A stretch of 63,992 bases of DNA, counting the filler, from Circinaria calcarea (Eukaryota), in assembly GCA_051942165.1 (NCBI GenBank). It is 6 parts of 6 records of this genome, joined end to end, with 100 filler letters (N's around TTAATTAATTAA, not from the genome) between each part and the next. Parts side by side here need not be neighbours in the genome. Positions count along the whole stretch, not along the records: positions 10,819 to 21,533 come from JAVECS010000770.1; positions 21,634 to 32,339 come from JAVECS010000771.1; 4 more parts are not named here. One strand, 5' to 3'. Below, piece by piece: positions 13,431-25,705 of the stretch. Positions within the stretch are counted from its first letter, which is position 1, and each line of letters starts with the position of its first letter. The translations under genes were made by a program, and so were the position numbers. The notes beneath the pieces were generated by a model. It was not told where the DNA came from and searched no databases. It saw only the letters and a list, made by a program, of their open reading frames with translations.

Positions 13431-13742
13431 TATAGATATCGTTTAGTGGGCTCCAAATAAACAGATATACTATATATTTAATAGCCCCTCGTGCTAACCA
13501 TGATGCCTATAATATGTTTTATATTCCGCCGGTCTTCCTTAGTCCGGCGACATATACGAAAGGTAATATAAAAGGCACTTGACTTTGTCGAAGCAAATCG
13601 TCGACGGCCCCTACAAATAGTGTAGGGATTCTCGGCCCTTTTCCCTTTACGGAAAATGTGCCCTTACGCCATCCGCGTGGGCAGGAAACTCAAGCTCAAG
13701 AATAGTATAGATACCCTAATACGGAAGGAAGCCCTTACTCGC

Positions 13743-13980
13743 TTAGAGACCATCGTGGAACGTCGATGCGCTAGGGGAGTTGCGCGGAATGCGGAAAGTT
13801 GACTCCGCCTTGTTGCCCGGGGACGGAGAATTTGACTCCGTCCTCGTTGCCCGGCCATGGTTGAAGTTTAGGCCATGCTTAAAATGGTAATTAGAGACCA
13901 TCGTCGAACGTCGAACGCTAGGTGCGCTAGGCAATTTAACGCTAGGTGCGCTGGGTATTTAACGCTAGGTGCGCTGGGTA
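13743..13980. repeat. Direct and tandem repeats
   Basis: TTAGAGACCATCGT(G/C)GAACGTCGA at 13743 and 13891. TTTAACGCTAGGTGCGCTGGGTA occurs twice in tandem (13935-13980). The ACGCTAGGTGCGCT core occurs three times. Confidence 0.8.
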
Positions 13981-14583
13981 ATTTACCCAGCTGGACGTCC
14001 GTATTATTCGCCTTCTGCTACTAAAATTTCCTGTGAAACATTAAACTTTCCCCACCGTATGTATGTATATGGGAAAATAAATTAACCCTCTCTTGACGCT
14101 TTGGCATCACCTCGCCCATGCCTTCGATGTGGGAGCGAGACAACTGTTTTGCAAGTAATGTGACTATCTATATACGGTAGGTAGGGGTGTCGTAGATAAA
14201 CGAAGAGCCCCATTTTCCAAGTCGAATAGAAAGTTCCTCTGGGAAAGTCACGTAATTAATTATTGGCTCTGGGATTGGGAATCGTTCTGTGATGTGGTAG
14301 TTTGAAAACCGATTCTCTGTCTGAGAGAGAAGAATAGGTACCTCAGTCTAGGAGCGCAACCGCCTCCTATAGACAGCCATAGGACCTAGAAGCCTCGGCG
14401 CAGTGAGGGAAAGTGAAATGATTAGCAACACAATATTGTATTCAGATTTATTTTTGAGAACTTAAGGTCACAAGAGTGAAGAGGTTTCCACGTGCTTCGA
14501 GGGCAAGATGATAAATATGCAAATTCTCATCTTGCAATGTTAGCTGAAGCAATACGCATCTTGCCCACATCAATACTCAAGCT

Positions 14584-16726
14584 TCATAACCTCGCATTGC
14601 CGGCAATTAACATCTTCCATTCATCTTCCCCAAAACTCACATACCTAGTGCCTTTTGGCGGTATCCAATACAACTTATCTCGCTCGCCACCTTGAATTTT
14701 CGTCCCCTGCAACTTCGGCTCAACGCCTTCGTCTCGTAGCGGAGCTTTATTCTGCTTGTGGTTGTGACTTCCCAAACCACCAATCTCTCCCTCTACCACC
14801 CTCACGAATACCGGAACGGCATACCTTGGTAGCTTTTCGCGAGCATACGTTGCGAATGTTTTCCAATCGAATTTGTCTCGTTCAGCTGAGGCGAGCGTTA
14901 CGGCTGCACACCCAGCTCTCCCATCATGGCCCGGGACAAGGACACCGTAGACGATTGCCTCAAGAACCCCAGGGTACCGACCGAGGACTTCGCCAACGTC
15001 GGTCGTCGACACATTCTCGGATTTCCAACGAAAAGTATCACCCAACCGATCCAAGAAATACCAATAGCCGTCATCCGTCCGTCTCAAGGCGTCACCTGTA
15101 CGATAGTAGAGATCCCCTTTTCGGAAGACATCTCTAGCAAACTTCTTCTCCGTCGCAGCTGGGGCTTTCCAGTAGCTTGTGAAGGCGTTCTCCCTGGGAA
15201 TTCGGACAAGGATCTCACCACCCTCGCTGTAAGGCACTCGCCGTGCAAGACCAGTGCCGGGAGAGCGGTAGATGTCACCCGTTTCTATATCGACGGCAAC
15301 TGGGACCCATGTATTACGCAACATTAGACGTAGCAGCAAACCATGATGCCCGACAGCATTAATGCCGTATGGGTTTCTGGTCCAATTGAAAAGTGTCAAC
15401 ATGCCTTCCGTACTGGTGAAGAACTCAGAGACCTCGGGAATGTTAAAACGTTCCTGGAACTTAGCCCAGACGTCAGGACGCATGCCATTACCATGTATGC
15501 AGCGGATCTTGTGGGCTTTGTCGAGAGGGGATGGTGGTGCGGCGAGAAGGTAGCGGGCGGTCTCACCAACATAAACGAAGAAGGTCGACTCGGAGTCGCA
15601 GATGTCCGACCAGAATTTGGAAACAGAAAACTTGCTGCCGATAGCAAGGGAGATGCCTGACATTAAACAACTTACTGCATTAATGCCCCCAGTGCCGTGG
15701 TACCTGACATGGGGGTTAAACTTCGAGGTTTTGGGTAGGAGAGGAAGGACTCACATTGGCATGCAAATGTACCATCGATCGCCGTCTAGACCAGTTCTTA
15801 CATTATAGCTTTTGCCTTTGGATATCCCAGCCATATGGAGGCGCATTGTTATGAAGGGGTATGCTTTTGGAAGACCGGTAGTGCCACTGTTCAGTGCAAT
15901 TAGTTCAGTCGAGGAACTTGGGTCCGATTCAGATACCTGGTAAAGAGAAGAGCAGCTGGAGAGTTGCCTTTGACAAAATCACGGTAAGTATCTTCTGGCC
16001 GGGAGACATTCAAGTTGGAAATCTCTTCTTTGAGATCTTCCGAAAGCGTAACAATCTTGATGTCCAACTCGCCCACAATTCTATCTTTCTCACGTTGTAT
16101 ACGGGCCTGGCATCCAACATCCTCATCGACGATCATGACTTTCCCAGTCGAGATTTTGAGGCAATGTACCAAAGCATCTGCTCCAAGGCTACAGTTGATC
16201 ATTGCAGGTGCGCAACCTATTGCCCACAGGCTCAGCCACATGAAAATGAGTTCGGGGCTGTTCTGCATATATGATGCCACAATTGAGCCTGGCTGAACTC
16301 CTAAGGAGAGAAAGAAGGACGCATATTGAGAGACGCGGTTGTGTGCTTCTCGCCATGTATAGCACCCGGTACGGGACCATATTGCCCGCGCATCGGGGTA
16401 CTTTGCGGCGGCAGATTCGAATAGATAGTAACAGGACTCGCGATGCTGCTTGGCTGGAGGTTATACGTCTCAGCTTCGACTCGCTTGCCACAGAATAGAC
16501 TCGCCTCTTTCGGGTCACATTTACCATGTCTAAGATAAGCTTTCTCGGCTCCTTTGACAGTTGCGAGAAATCCGAGATCTTTGCCAATGCGAAATTTAGC
16601 ATCAAGGTACGCGGCCGCCACCGTGGTACCCGCTAATGCTGTTGCCGCAGTCGCTACAATATTATCAGCGATTCAAGTTTCCAAATGACAACCGGCCTTG
16701 TATTCTTTTTTACCCAGGGCCATCAT
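14584..16726 (-). CDS. FATP/very-long-chain acyl-CoA synthetase family AMP-binding enzyme (Fat1/CefD1-like), C-terminal PTS1 ARL
   Basis: Spliced product has AAAYLDAKF, the AMP-binding motif LLFTSGTTGLPK, MPMYHGTG, YVGETARYLL, GNGMRPDVW and FRKGDLYYRTGDALR...DRLGDTFRWKSENVST. Ends -ARL. Four introns. Confidence 0.9.
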
Positions 16727-17189
16727 GCATATAGGTTTGATTCCAAAAGCTTTCCCGGTGAAACATGAAAGAAAAGAAAGTTATACGCAGATGATGACTG
16801 ATTAAAGAGAGGAAGGATACCTTTCTATCCATAACCATGCGAACTGTTTGGACCGAGTAGTACTCCGTACAGGAAATTGAGCGCTGAGGCCAACCGAAGT
16901 TGCCGCCATCCGAACCTCACCTTTCTCCGCGCGTCTCCACAATTGATCGTGGATCGAATAAAGGCCTTTTGGTGATGCAGTGGGGAGAGGGTAACGGGAA
17001 CCTGACCCCCTGCCAGCGGCCAATGCGGGGATGAGACTGGACCATGCCTAAATACGAAAACTGAAATCGGTTTAGGGCTAGACTGCTGATCCTTATCTTT
17101 GGGATGGCTCCTCCATCGTCAGAGCGATATTGGAGTTACTCAGCTTCGTCGGACGGGTCCTGACAAAAAGGCCCATATCAACTACCGCA

Positions 17190-18730
17190 ATGGCTTCCAG
17201 TAAGCCTGCCAATCCCACCGTTCTCATAGTCGGAGCAGGAATCTTCGGCACCTCCACCGCTTATCACCTAGCTCTCAGCGAGCCAAATCCTGCAAATGTC
17301 ACGCTTCTGGACCGCGCACCGTTTCCCCTCCCACCCGCTTCAGATGCACAGAATCATCCATTGGGCGCTTCTGCCGATATCAATAAGATCGTCCGCGCCG
17401 ATTACTCGGTCCCTTTTTACATGTCCCTAGCCTATGAAGCAATAGACGCATGGTCATCGCTACCGGTAATCAAATCATTTTTCCATCGAACGGGGTGGGT
17501 ATCGCTGGACGAAAAGGGATCGGATCTGGCACAAAGAATTCGGAAGAACTTCAAGGAAAGTGGTAGGGAAGATCCAACCAAAGACATGACCTTTGAGGAA
17601 GTTCGAGAATCCTGGGGAGGTTTATTAAGGGAGGCAGATTTTGATGGGTATGGTTCTGCGTACTGGAATCCTGGCGCGGGGTGGGCGGAGGCTGATCGAG
17701 CTATGGGAGCCATGCTTAAAGAAGCTGTGGATAAGGGTGTGAAATATATACAAGGGGAGGTTGTCGAGCTGATCTTGCATGAGCACGAGTGGAGAGGCGT
17801 CAAGGGCGTACGGCTTGCAGATGGCAAGATAGTAGAAGCGGACAATGTGGTGCTTGCAACAGGCCCATGGACAAGCCTGACCCTCTCCACCACCGAGGAC
17901 AAGCTGAAGATGGAAAAAAGTGCTAGAATTGAGCGGCAAGTAAAAGCTGCTGGCGTGTGTGTTGCTCATTATGCACTGAATGCAAAGGAAAAGGAGAAGT
18001 TCGATAAGATTCCTGTAGTAGTTTACGGCAGCGACGGTTGGTTGGCCATCTCCTTAGCTTTAGCATCCGAGTGGCGGAGTAATATCTCTCAATCCAAACA
18101 TTTCCATACTCAAGCACTATTTGCGACTCGAGACTTACTGTCTGAGGATGTTTTGTTTTGGAATACTAAAGGTAAGAAGTCGCGGCGAATGCTTGGTTGA
18201 CATTGCAATTAGGTGAGATCCTACCACCGCCTCCATCCCGGCTTTTGAAATTTACCAACGCCAACTCTTTCACAAACACCATCACCACTTCATCCGGCCA
18301 CCGTGTCTCCGTTCCACCCAATACATCCCAGGGTGATGTACCTAAGACTCTCAAGTCCGAGACCCTCGACATCATCTCCCGCATCATGCCTTCCATGACT
18401 GCTAACGAGCGACCCGTGACATGGTGGCGTCTCTGTTGGGATTCGATAACACCCTCACAGCATCAACTAATCACCAAGCACCCGGATCCCAGACTCGGGA
18501 ACCTATACCTAGCTGTTGGGGGGAGCTTCCATAGCTGGAAATTCCTACCGATCATTGGAAAATATGTTGTAAATGTTCTCAACGGGATAAGTAATGGGGA
18601 AGAAAAAGATCGGAATTGGGCGTGGAAGAGCGAGGGATGGAATGAAGGTCAAAGAGGGGCGCACGAGAACGTGATTCCGCGAAGGGACCTTAAAGATCTG
18701 GAGGATAGAAGTGGGCAAAGCAAGCTGTAG
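17190..18730 (+). CDS. FAD-dependent amine oxidase (sarcosine/L-pipecolate/fructosyl-amine oxidase family), C-terminal PTS1 SKL
   Basis: Rossmann motif VLIVGAGIFGTSTA, ASADINKIVRADY, VVLATGPWT, RLCWDSITP, AVGGSFHSWKFLPIIG. One intron 18037-18212 (D-G|E-I). Ends -SKL. Confidence 0.9.
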
Positions 18731-20098
18731 GGGGAAGATTCCACAGCAGGAGTGACGAAATTATACAGGCCTGTTAAGGAGATGAGAGAATCTCGCAAAT
18801 GGATCTTGCCACCCGAATCTTTTCACCACATGCAGTTTTCTAAGCGATAATCCAAGACTAAATCAATATATAAACCAACTGTGCACATAATGACATCTAT
18901 TTCAGGAACAAACTAGGACATATTCCCCCTTACGAGCCAGTATCGCTGCCTGAACTATCAACTCCAGTGTCAGCAGAACGTACACATATAGTAGTCAGTA
19001 TCTGTGCCCCTTGTTCCATGCTTTCGGGGTTTTATCCGTCGATGCGATTGGCGGTGTAGCCAAGCATTTATTAGCCGGTGCCCTAATACCGCCGAGTGAC
19101 GTTTTCTCCGCCGTATCCCCGTGCACATGGCAGTGGTTTTAACGACATGATCGGGGCTCGATTGTTTTGCTTAGCATACGGTGACAATCGTAAAGCGAAA
19201 ATACCTACCAGTATCTGGCAGTCTATATACTTAGCTGTAGGAAGACCAGGCGGGGTGCGGAAACATGTACATAGATGGTTTACTCGTGTTGAACCTCGCA
19301 AATCTCCGTATTCTAAACTGACATTCTCCGGTACTACGTACAACTGACCCACAAAATCCTGCATCGACAAGTAATCATCATGGCAAGCCTAGCTAGACAC
19401 GTATGCATTTGCTCACAGCATGCTTCCTAAAAGACCTCATCGAATAAAAGCCCAATAAACACAGGTAGATCCGGATGAGCTCATCAAGCTTCTCTGTGAC
19501 CACCCCAAAGAAGCCCACGAACATCGGGTCCACAGCAACAGCCATGTTGAAAAGGCATCAGGAGCTTTTCTAGTCTGCTAGAGGATAGACAACATGGAAA
19601 CATAGAATAAATACGGGTGGAGCCCCTCAATCGAGTGAGTACATGGTAATCAAATTGCGAGGCTCCGGTTTCTAGATGATCGCCCAAATGTTTTGGCAGA
19701 TAGGCGGTTGGTGATGCTCTTGATTGACAGAACGTGAATGTCGTAGAAATAAATCCCCTCAATCAATACTTTACGGTAAAATCCGATTATAACTTCTACA
19801 AAGAGGAGTTTCTCCCTCGCATCTTGATGGTGAGCCTCTCTGAATTGGTATGGCAGTAGCACCGCAAGTGCTATTGAGACTGGCCAAATACTAGGCACTA
19901 TCGCCGATTAGTATTAATGGGTTCCCGCTAACTCTTGGAAGCCGATTAAGCGAAAAATATGCTGTGCCACGAATTATGCAATTGGCCTAGCTTAAAATTA
20001 TGTATTTTTGAACCTGCACGCTCTGATGGAATCTCCAGCCCTGAGGAGCTTCATGAGCTTCATCGTCACTACCTTGAGACCAGCTTGTCACGTCCGCC

Positions 20099-20703
20099 AT
20101 GTTTCGATTTGTAAGAGATACACCTTACTTTCGTCAATAATGCGAATAACTAATTAGTATCTCTGCACAGCACAAATCTCTTGATGTGATCACCCTCTTC
20201 CATAAACCCTCTCTTCCGGGCTCTATCCGAGTCCTTAACCTCCTTAAACAAGCCTCTGCATCTGCCTCCGAGACAGCGACTGAGGACCAAGCAACGGACC
20301 ACTCTCATCAAAATAAAGTACAACGAACACAGTTCGAGTTAAATATCACAGAGGATGCGCCCACGAGTGATCAATTAAGGAGTATTCTAGAATACGTGGG
20401 AGCGAGGAGGGCGAAAGACATAGTGGACGGAGCTAGAGATGCCGCAGATGCGATAAGCAAGCTAAAGGAGGATAAGGAGAGGTTTCGGCCACCGGTGGTG
20501 AGCAGAGCTGCCTGGTAGCTATGAGTTGAGTAAAGAGAAGATAATCTAATGAGCTGAATAGGTTGTGGACTGGAACAATGGTAAAGCAGGTACGTCTTCA
20601 GTGAGGGCATTAGTATCATCATACTAAGTTTCTCATAGTCATTGGGGAAAACGAGTCAGAGATCATGAAGATGATTGGTGAATTACCTACAGGATCCGGC
20701 TGA
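20099..20703 (+). CDS. Fmp46-like (DUF1687) thioredoxin-fold mitochondrial protein
   Basis: MFRF-HKSLDVITLFHKPS...FELNITEDAPTSDQLRSILEY...RPPVVVDWNNGKAVIGENESEI. Three introns, the first at 20111-20170. Confidence 0.82.
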
Positions 20704-20944
20704 CTGGATACGGGATTAAGCCCTTTGTAAATGCTGACAGTGAACTATGCAAAGCATATGTGGAGATAACTCTTGAATGAGCTTAAGCTTGATTGGCATA
20801 ACATGGCAAAAGCGTACATAGGAATGCTCTGCTCCCATGAGACCCAGCATTATACCTGTCCTACATCTCTGGTACTCACCTGAGACTGGATGGAACGAGC
20901 AGTGACCGTGGCATGTACCCGTTCAAAGGAAACTAACAATGATC

Positions 20945-21415
20945 CTCCGTTCATTGCCTACTCGAGTGGATCTAGTATCCCTGGAATGGGTATGACAGGC
21001 CCAAAAGTGTAAATGCATCTCATCCAAGATGATCTCTGCAAGCAGGTGACGACTCTCCTTTAGTATATGTTTAAAAACTAAATCCAAGAAGAACATGGGG
21101 TTACTTTCGCTACCCAAGGGTTAGGTGGTAAGCATTCTAAGGGGTGCTTCCAGGCCGCCCATTTTTACTTATTCTTGGAGGAGTGATATATTCTCATTAC
21201 ATTACCACATGACCTCGTCGACAAACATTCACCATGACCAACCCCCCCGTATTAAATGATGGTGCCTAGTATTGCGGAAATGACTAGTGCTTGTGTGTTG
21301 ACATAGGGCTTTCCTAATTCCGTAACCGAAACTTGCCAATCTCAATTCATCACAGCATCTTGAAAAACTGTCCCTCTGATCTCTAACATCTGCAACACAT
21401 CTCCTTGGGTAATCG
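20945..21415 (-). pseudogene. Decayed coding sequence of unknown identity
   Basis: One continuous frame (QGDVLQMLEIRGTVFQDAVMN*DWQV...TII*YGGVGHGECL...KNK*KWAAW...SWI*FLNIY*RRVV...LDPLE*) broken by six stops, each explicable as C>T from CGA/CAA/CAG. Confidence 0.35.
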
Positions 21416-21533
21416 ATTGGCTTTGCGTTCGTCTTAGCTATGGCAACAGTCACTACCTGATGGAGCCTTCTATCTTGGACTACGAGCAACTGGTACTTTC
21501 CGCGACTAGCTCTTAGTCGGTATTGTTCTTCGA

Positions 21534-21633
21534 NNNNNNNNNNNNNNNNNNNNNNNNNNNNNNNNNNNNNNNNNNNNTTAATTAATTAANNNNNNNNNNN
21601 NNNNNNNNNNNNNNNNNNNNNNNNNNNNNNNNN
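21534..21633. other. Artificial contig linker
   Basis: Same 44N-TTAATTAATTAA-44N linker. Confidence 0.99.
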
Positions 21634-22061
21634 GCTTTTAGTGGGGTTGGAGGGGGGGGACCACATTTCTTGGTAGCTTTGTGGCTAGGGTTGCGGGGCG
21701 AATTTAGCGGTGGGTGAGATTTAGGTTTGTATGGATGATTATAGCGGTTGAGAGGTCTGGATCAGGGTAGAATGAGGTTACTGAAGACCGGGTAAATCTG
21801 AGAGGTGTATGTGTTGACAGACTATAGTTGCTTGGCGGGGATGGGTATCATAAGGCTGAGGAATCTAGCAGAGGAATGCACAGTTATTCAGTTTCACGGG
21901 AAAATGGTAGGCCCTAATAACGGGTTTCTGAACTGGTAAATGTGCAATTGAGAGACTCAACGTCTCCTGAGAGATCTATCCCACAAAGAGTGCTTGCTAT
22001 CTGCAAAGCCATGCACCCTCCAATCCCCCCCCCCAAAAACACCGCTCACATCCACCCCTCC

Positions 22062-22898
22062 TCAACGAGTCTTAGCTGCAACTTTACTCGGTGCTCCTTT
22101 AGCTCCCATCTTGCTAACCTTCGCCCCGACAAGTCCTCTCGCAGCTCCCGCAGCTCCCTTCGCCTTCTCCATCTTCTTTTTGCTCTCCAATGCCGTTTTC
22201 TTCTCCTTTCCTTCTTTGATTGCGGCTTGGCGGGCCGCGGCACGCGCTTCAGGACGTTGCGCACGGCGTTCTTTGATCACGTCAAGGGAGGCACCGACGA
22301 TACCGCGTTGTTGCTTGACGGTGCGGCGGGTACGCTTTTTGGCAACTTCCTGTAGAGGGGAAAGAGATTATCAGTATAGACCGAGTAGGAATGTTCTCTT
22401 TTGGAAGGATACAATGACGGGTAGACTTGGAGGTGAGTGCAGGTAAGGGTATGTTGCATTCGAGTATGTGTAGTGAATGCCCAGTCCACCTCCACCTGAT
22501 CCACTCATGCTTCTTGCGCAGCTAAACTCCAATTTCCCCAAAAAGAAATGTGCAATTTTACGGACCTCAGAGATACCCTTCTTGTGTTGCCTCCTGAATA
22601 ACACCGTCCATGCAATTCTCCTCGGGTTCTTGCGCTGTAGGAAGAGGGATTCGGTCTTGCCGTTTTGGAATCTGAAAATTTTGCTGTCGCCACGAACGTA
22701 GAGTTTCCCCTATACAAAGAAAGATGACCATTAGCATCTATGCCCTTACTTAATTGCTCAATTCACCCTCCGCGCGTTCACTTGGTAGTAGGTTTGGTGG
22801 TGGGGCCGTGATTGATTTTGTGCAATCGCAAAGAGCGACGAACTCACCTTGCCAGGGTAGATCTTATCACCACTGAAGGTATCTTCGTAAGTACGCAT
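22062..22898 (-). CDS. RPL24: 60S ribosomal protein L24 (eL24)
   Basis: [94 protein letters not shown]. Introns at about 22711-22847 and 22352-22566. Confidence 0.97.
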
Positions 22899-23196
22899 CT
22901 TGGTGATTTTGTGATGCCTAGGCTCTTTGGTGGCTGTGGTGGAATAACCTGGAGTTTGGTGCCCAGACCTGAATGTTACGAATGACGGTATTTCGCGATT
23001 CGGCTCGCTTACTGTGGGTCAGGTGATTTAGGGCTCCTTACAGCCGAAACGGAATGTTTACTACAAGAATGCAAATTTGTGTAGTGGTTGAATTGATCAA
23101 CTACATAGCTCAGAAGTGCTCTATGACTCTCACTCATATTGTGCAGAAGCTTGCTCGCAGAACACATCCGAAGACCCAGATCAGATCAGTGTCGCC

Positions 23197-24968
23197 TCAT
23201 TTACCCTTGACCTTGCCTTCGCCTTTCTCTCCATATGAACCAGCATTTACTTCCACTTTGACCTCAAAAACAGGGATCTGGTAATCTTCATGCCAGTCAC
23301 AAATACTGAAAGGCTCGGGAACACATTTGTTGCAGCGCTTTTCCTGGCAGATTGAGACAGGGCAGATCCCAGAACAATCCGGGCAAACCCATTTGTAGCA
23401 TGTCTCACATTGCAGAAACGTATTCTCGTCGCGACCACAAACCATCATTTTCTTAATCTCGGTTAAAATAGATCTGTTCTTTTCCGCTTCCTTGGTCTGT
23501 AGATCCTTCCGAGAGGCTCTAACAAAGGCACAGCATGGTTTGCTGCAAACACCGCAGGCCATCTTACAAGTTGCACACCAAAGGTTTTCCGAATGCCAGT
23601 TTCGACCATGGTTGGGGTGAGGCGGACGCTTGTCTGTCTCTGAGTATCGGAAGATCTCAGAGTGGGTCATTTCACGTAAGTCTGTCTCCTAAATCAGTGA
23701 ACGGAATAGTTAGGGTTTTGCTGTTGCTGTAAGAGGTATATTGAATGGAGTACCTTCAACTGTGGGAGAGCTGTCTCCTTTATCTCAGCCTCCTCCCGCT
23801 CCGTCATTGCAGTCATTACCGCATCCACAAGGTAAAGAGCTTCATTTCGAGTGACCTTCTGTTCCTTGATAGCAGTGAGAAACGAGTCATACATGTCCTG
23901 ACCGAACAAATTGACACAACCCTGTGTTCTGGGATGTCCCTCCTTTCCCTCTTCCTCCCTCTGTTTCCCTTTGTCCATCTTTTTCTTCTGGGTCTTCTTC
24001 TGTCGCTTGGATAAGGCTTTTCCATCTTTACTAGTTTCCTCTTGCTTAGCCTCGTGCGGCTTTGCTTCATCTGGCTCTGCCTCATGCTTCTTAGCTTCAT
24101 GCTTCTTAGCTTCGTCCTGCTTAGCTTTCTTGACGAGGTTGACGACAGCAACGAAGATCTCAGGGCCGCTTGCATCAGGGTCGGCAATGGCATCAGAGAG
24201 CTCTCTGATTAAAGAGGGGAAGCTACGCGGAAAATAGCAAAGTAAGTCAGAGGTACCGGATTCTAACGTCTCGAGCAACGTTGCTTGGGTGACCTGAAGA
24301 TCCACATAGGTCTTGAAATCGATCAGCATACTCCCATCCTTTGTTCTCATGTGGTTGCCGACTTGTATGATGTCGTTGAGCGAAGCGTAACGTAGTGCTT
24401 CCTCAAGAGAGAGACGAGTAGAGTTTGAGGTACGCTTGTTACAAAGCAGTTTTGCGATAGCCGAAGGGGACTCCTTTGGGGCACGTCCCTCAGGTGAACT
24501 AACTACGTTGACATAGGAAGGGTCTTCTGAGATAGAAACTTTGGAGAGCTCCTCTGCTGCAGTAGAAGACGTAATCGTAGCTGTTTGCACCTTCGTGCCT
24601 GCAAGTAGGTTCTCCGTCGAACCAAACGCGGAAACATTTTCTCTGTTGCCCACAGAGAGCTGGTCGTATTCTTCATCTAATCTCCTATCAGTCTGCGGCA
24701 AAGCTTTGTAACGATGAGCAATGTTAGGTGTCGAGAAAGGCGACTGGATGCCAGTATTGACTGGTAATTCTTTACGTCTGACTCCTGAGGTAGGCACCTT
24801 GGGAGGAGCCGTCTTAGGAGTGGAATTGTAATTTGAAAGAGGCTTCCGCGGTATCATATTTAAAAACATTGAAAGATCGAGGGTGTCTGAAGAGGTGAGC
24901 AACGTACCATCAGACACATCGTAGGGTCCTTGAACCAAATGCCAGGGATCCTCACTATCGTTAGCCAT
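23197..24968 (-). CDS. Hypothetical protein with C-terminal Cys-rich putative zinc-binding domain
   Basis: ORFs 23694-24983 and 23197-23670 join in phase through a GTACTC...CTGAT-TTAG intron (about 23690-23754), giving QLK|ETDLREMTHSE. The C-terminus has many CxxC pairs and ends CDWH. Confidence 0.7.
24039..24113 (-). repeat. Coding 15-nt tandem repeat (EAKKH-like x5)
   Basis: Translates as EAKKH-EAKKH-EAEPD-EAKPH-EAKQE. Confidence 0.75.
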
Positions 24969-25705
24969 TTTCGCTAAGCACAAGCGTTGTTTGTGAGGCT
25001 TTAGGAATGATCGACAAGGAGCTACGGTAAGCGAGCAATATGGAAAGGTGATTGAATAGGAAGTTGTTTCTGTGGGTAGTTTAGGTTTAATTTCAGAAAG
25101 AAAAGTGAGGTATCAGACTTCACATAACGCAAACGTCTTAGTGTGGGCAATTGCTGCGATGACGGACCCTAATCTATCACCCATACAACCTGCAGCATGC
25201 AATGATCTTTCAATTAGCCCTTTCCCATCCAGCAGCTAAGGGTCTTCGTATGCGAAGGATCATAGAATAAGGGAAACAGATTGAGGTCATATGGGACTTC
25301 TCGGGACATGCAAACACATAGGCTATGTGCAGGACCAGTTAGTATGGGATCGGGGTCACCAAAAGTAACTCGGGGTGATGAAGGTCTCCAAACCGTAACA
25401 GGTAGAACCGAGTGGGTATCTAACAAATGGAATGTATGAATCAAGGAGATTATCTTTGGGAAGTCAATGCATAATGCTAGTCCCAGACTGAGGCGTGCGG
25501 CTGAAGTACCAGCCCATCGCAGGGAGACGAATATGGTTCCTAAGGAGATACCGACTTGAACACAACGGCATACTATCAAGAGCGATCCGCCGACAAGAAG
25601 CACACAGAATTAATATTGTTGGAACATAAGAATACCCATCAGTCTGAGAGCTCATGAAGTCATGCCTCATCATGCCAAGAGCACTCCATGTATTGCGCTA
25701 TTGAC

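Noticed and set aside
13891..13980. CRISPR-like array
   Set aside because: Repeats are directly tandem with no unique spacers, there are no cas genes, and the context is eukaryotic.
14584..16726. Beta-lactam (cephalosporin) cluster suggested by CefD1-like similarity
   Set aside because: No cefD2, pcbAB, pcbC or cefEF on the contig, and the FATP-like family is widespread.
17130..18200. Two separate oxidase ORFs or a frameshifted pseudogene (likewise the split ORFs of MTC5, BUD4 and the NLR)
   Set aside because: Explained by ordinary introns that restore continuous conserved motifs.
22352..22566. Intronic snoRNA in the 215-nt RPL24 intron
   Set aside because: Some self-complementarity, but no convincing C/D or H/ACA box arrangement by eye. 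An Infernal/snoscan search would be needed.
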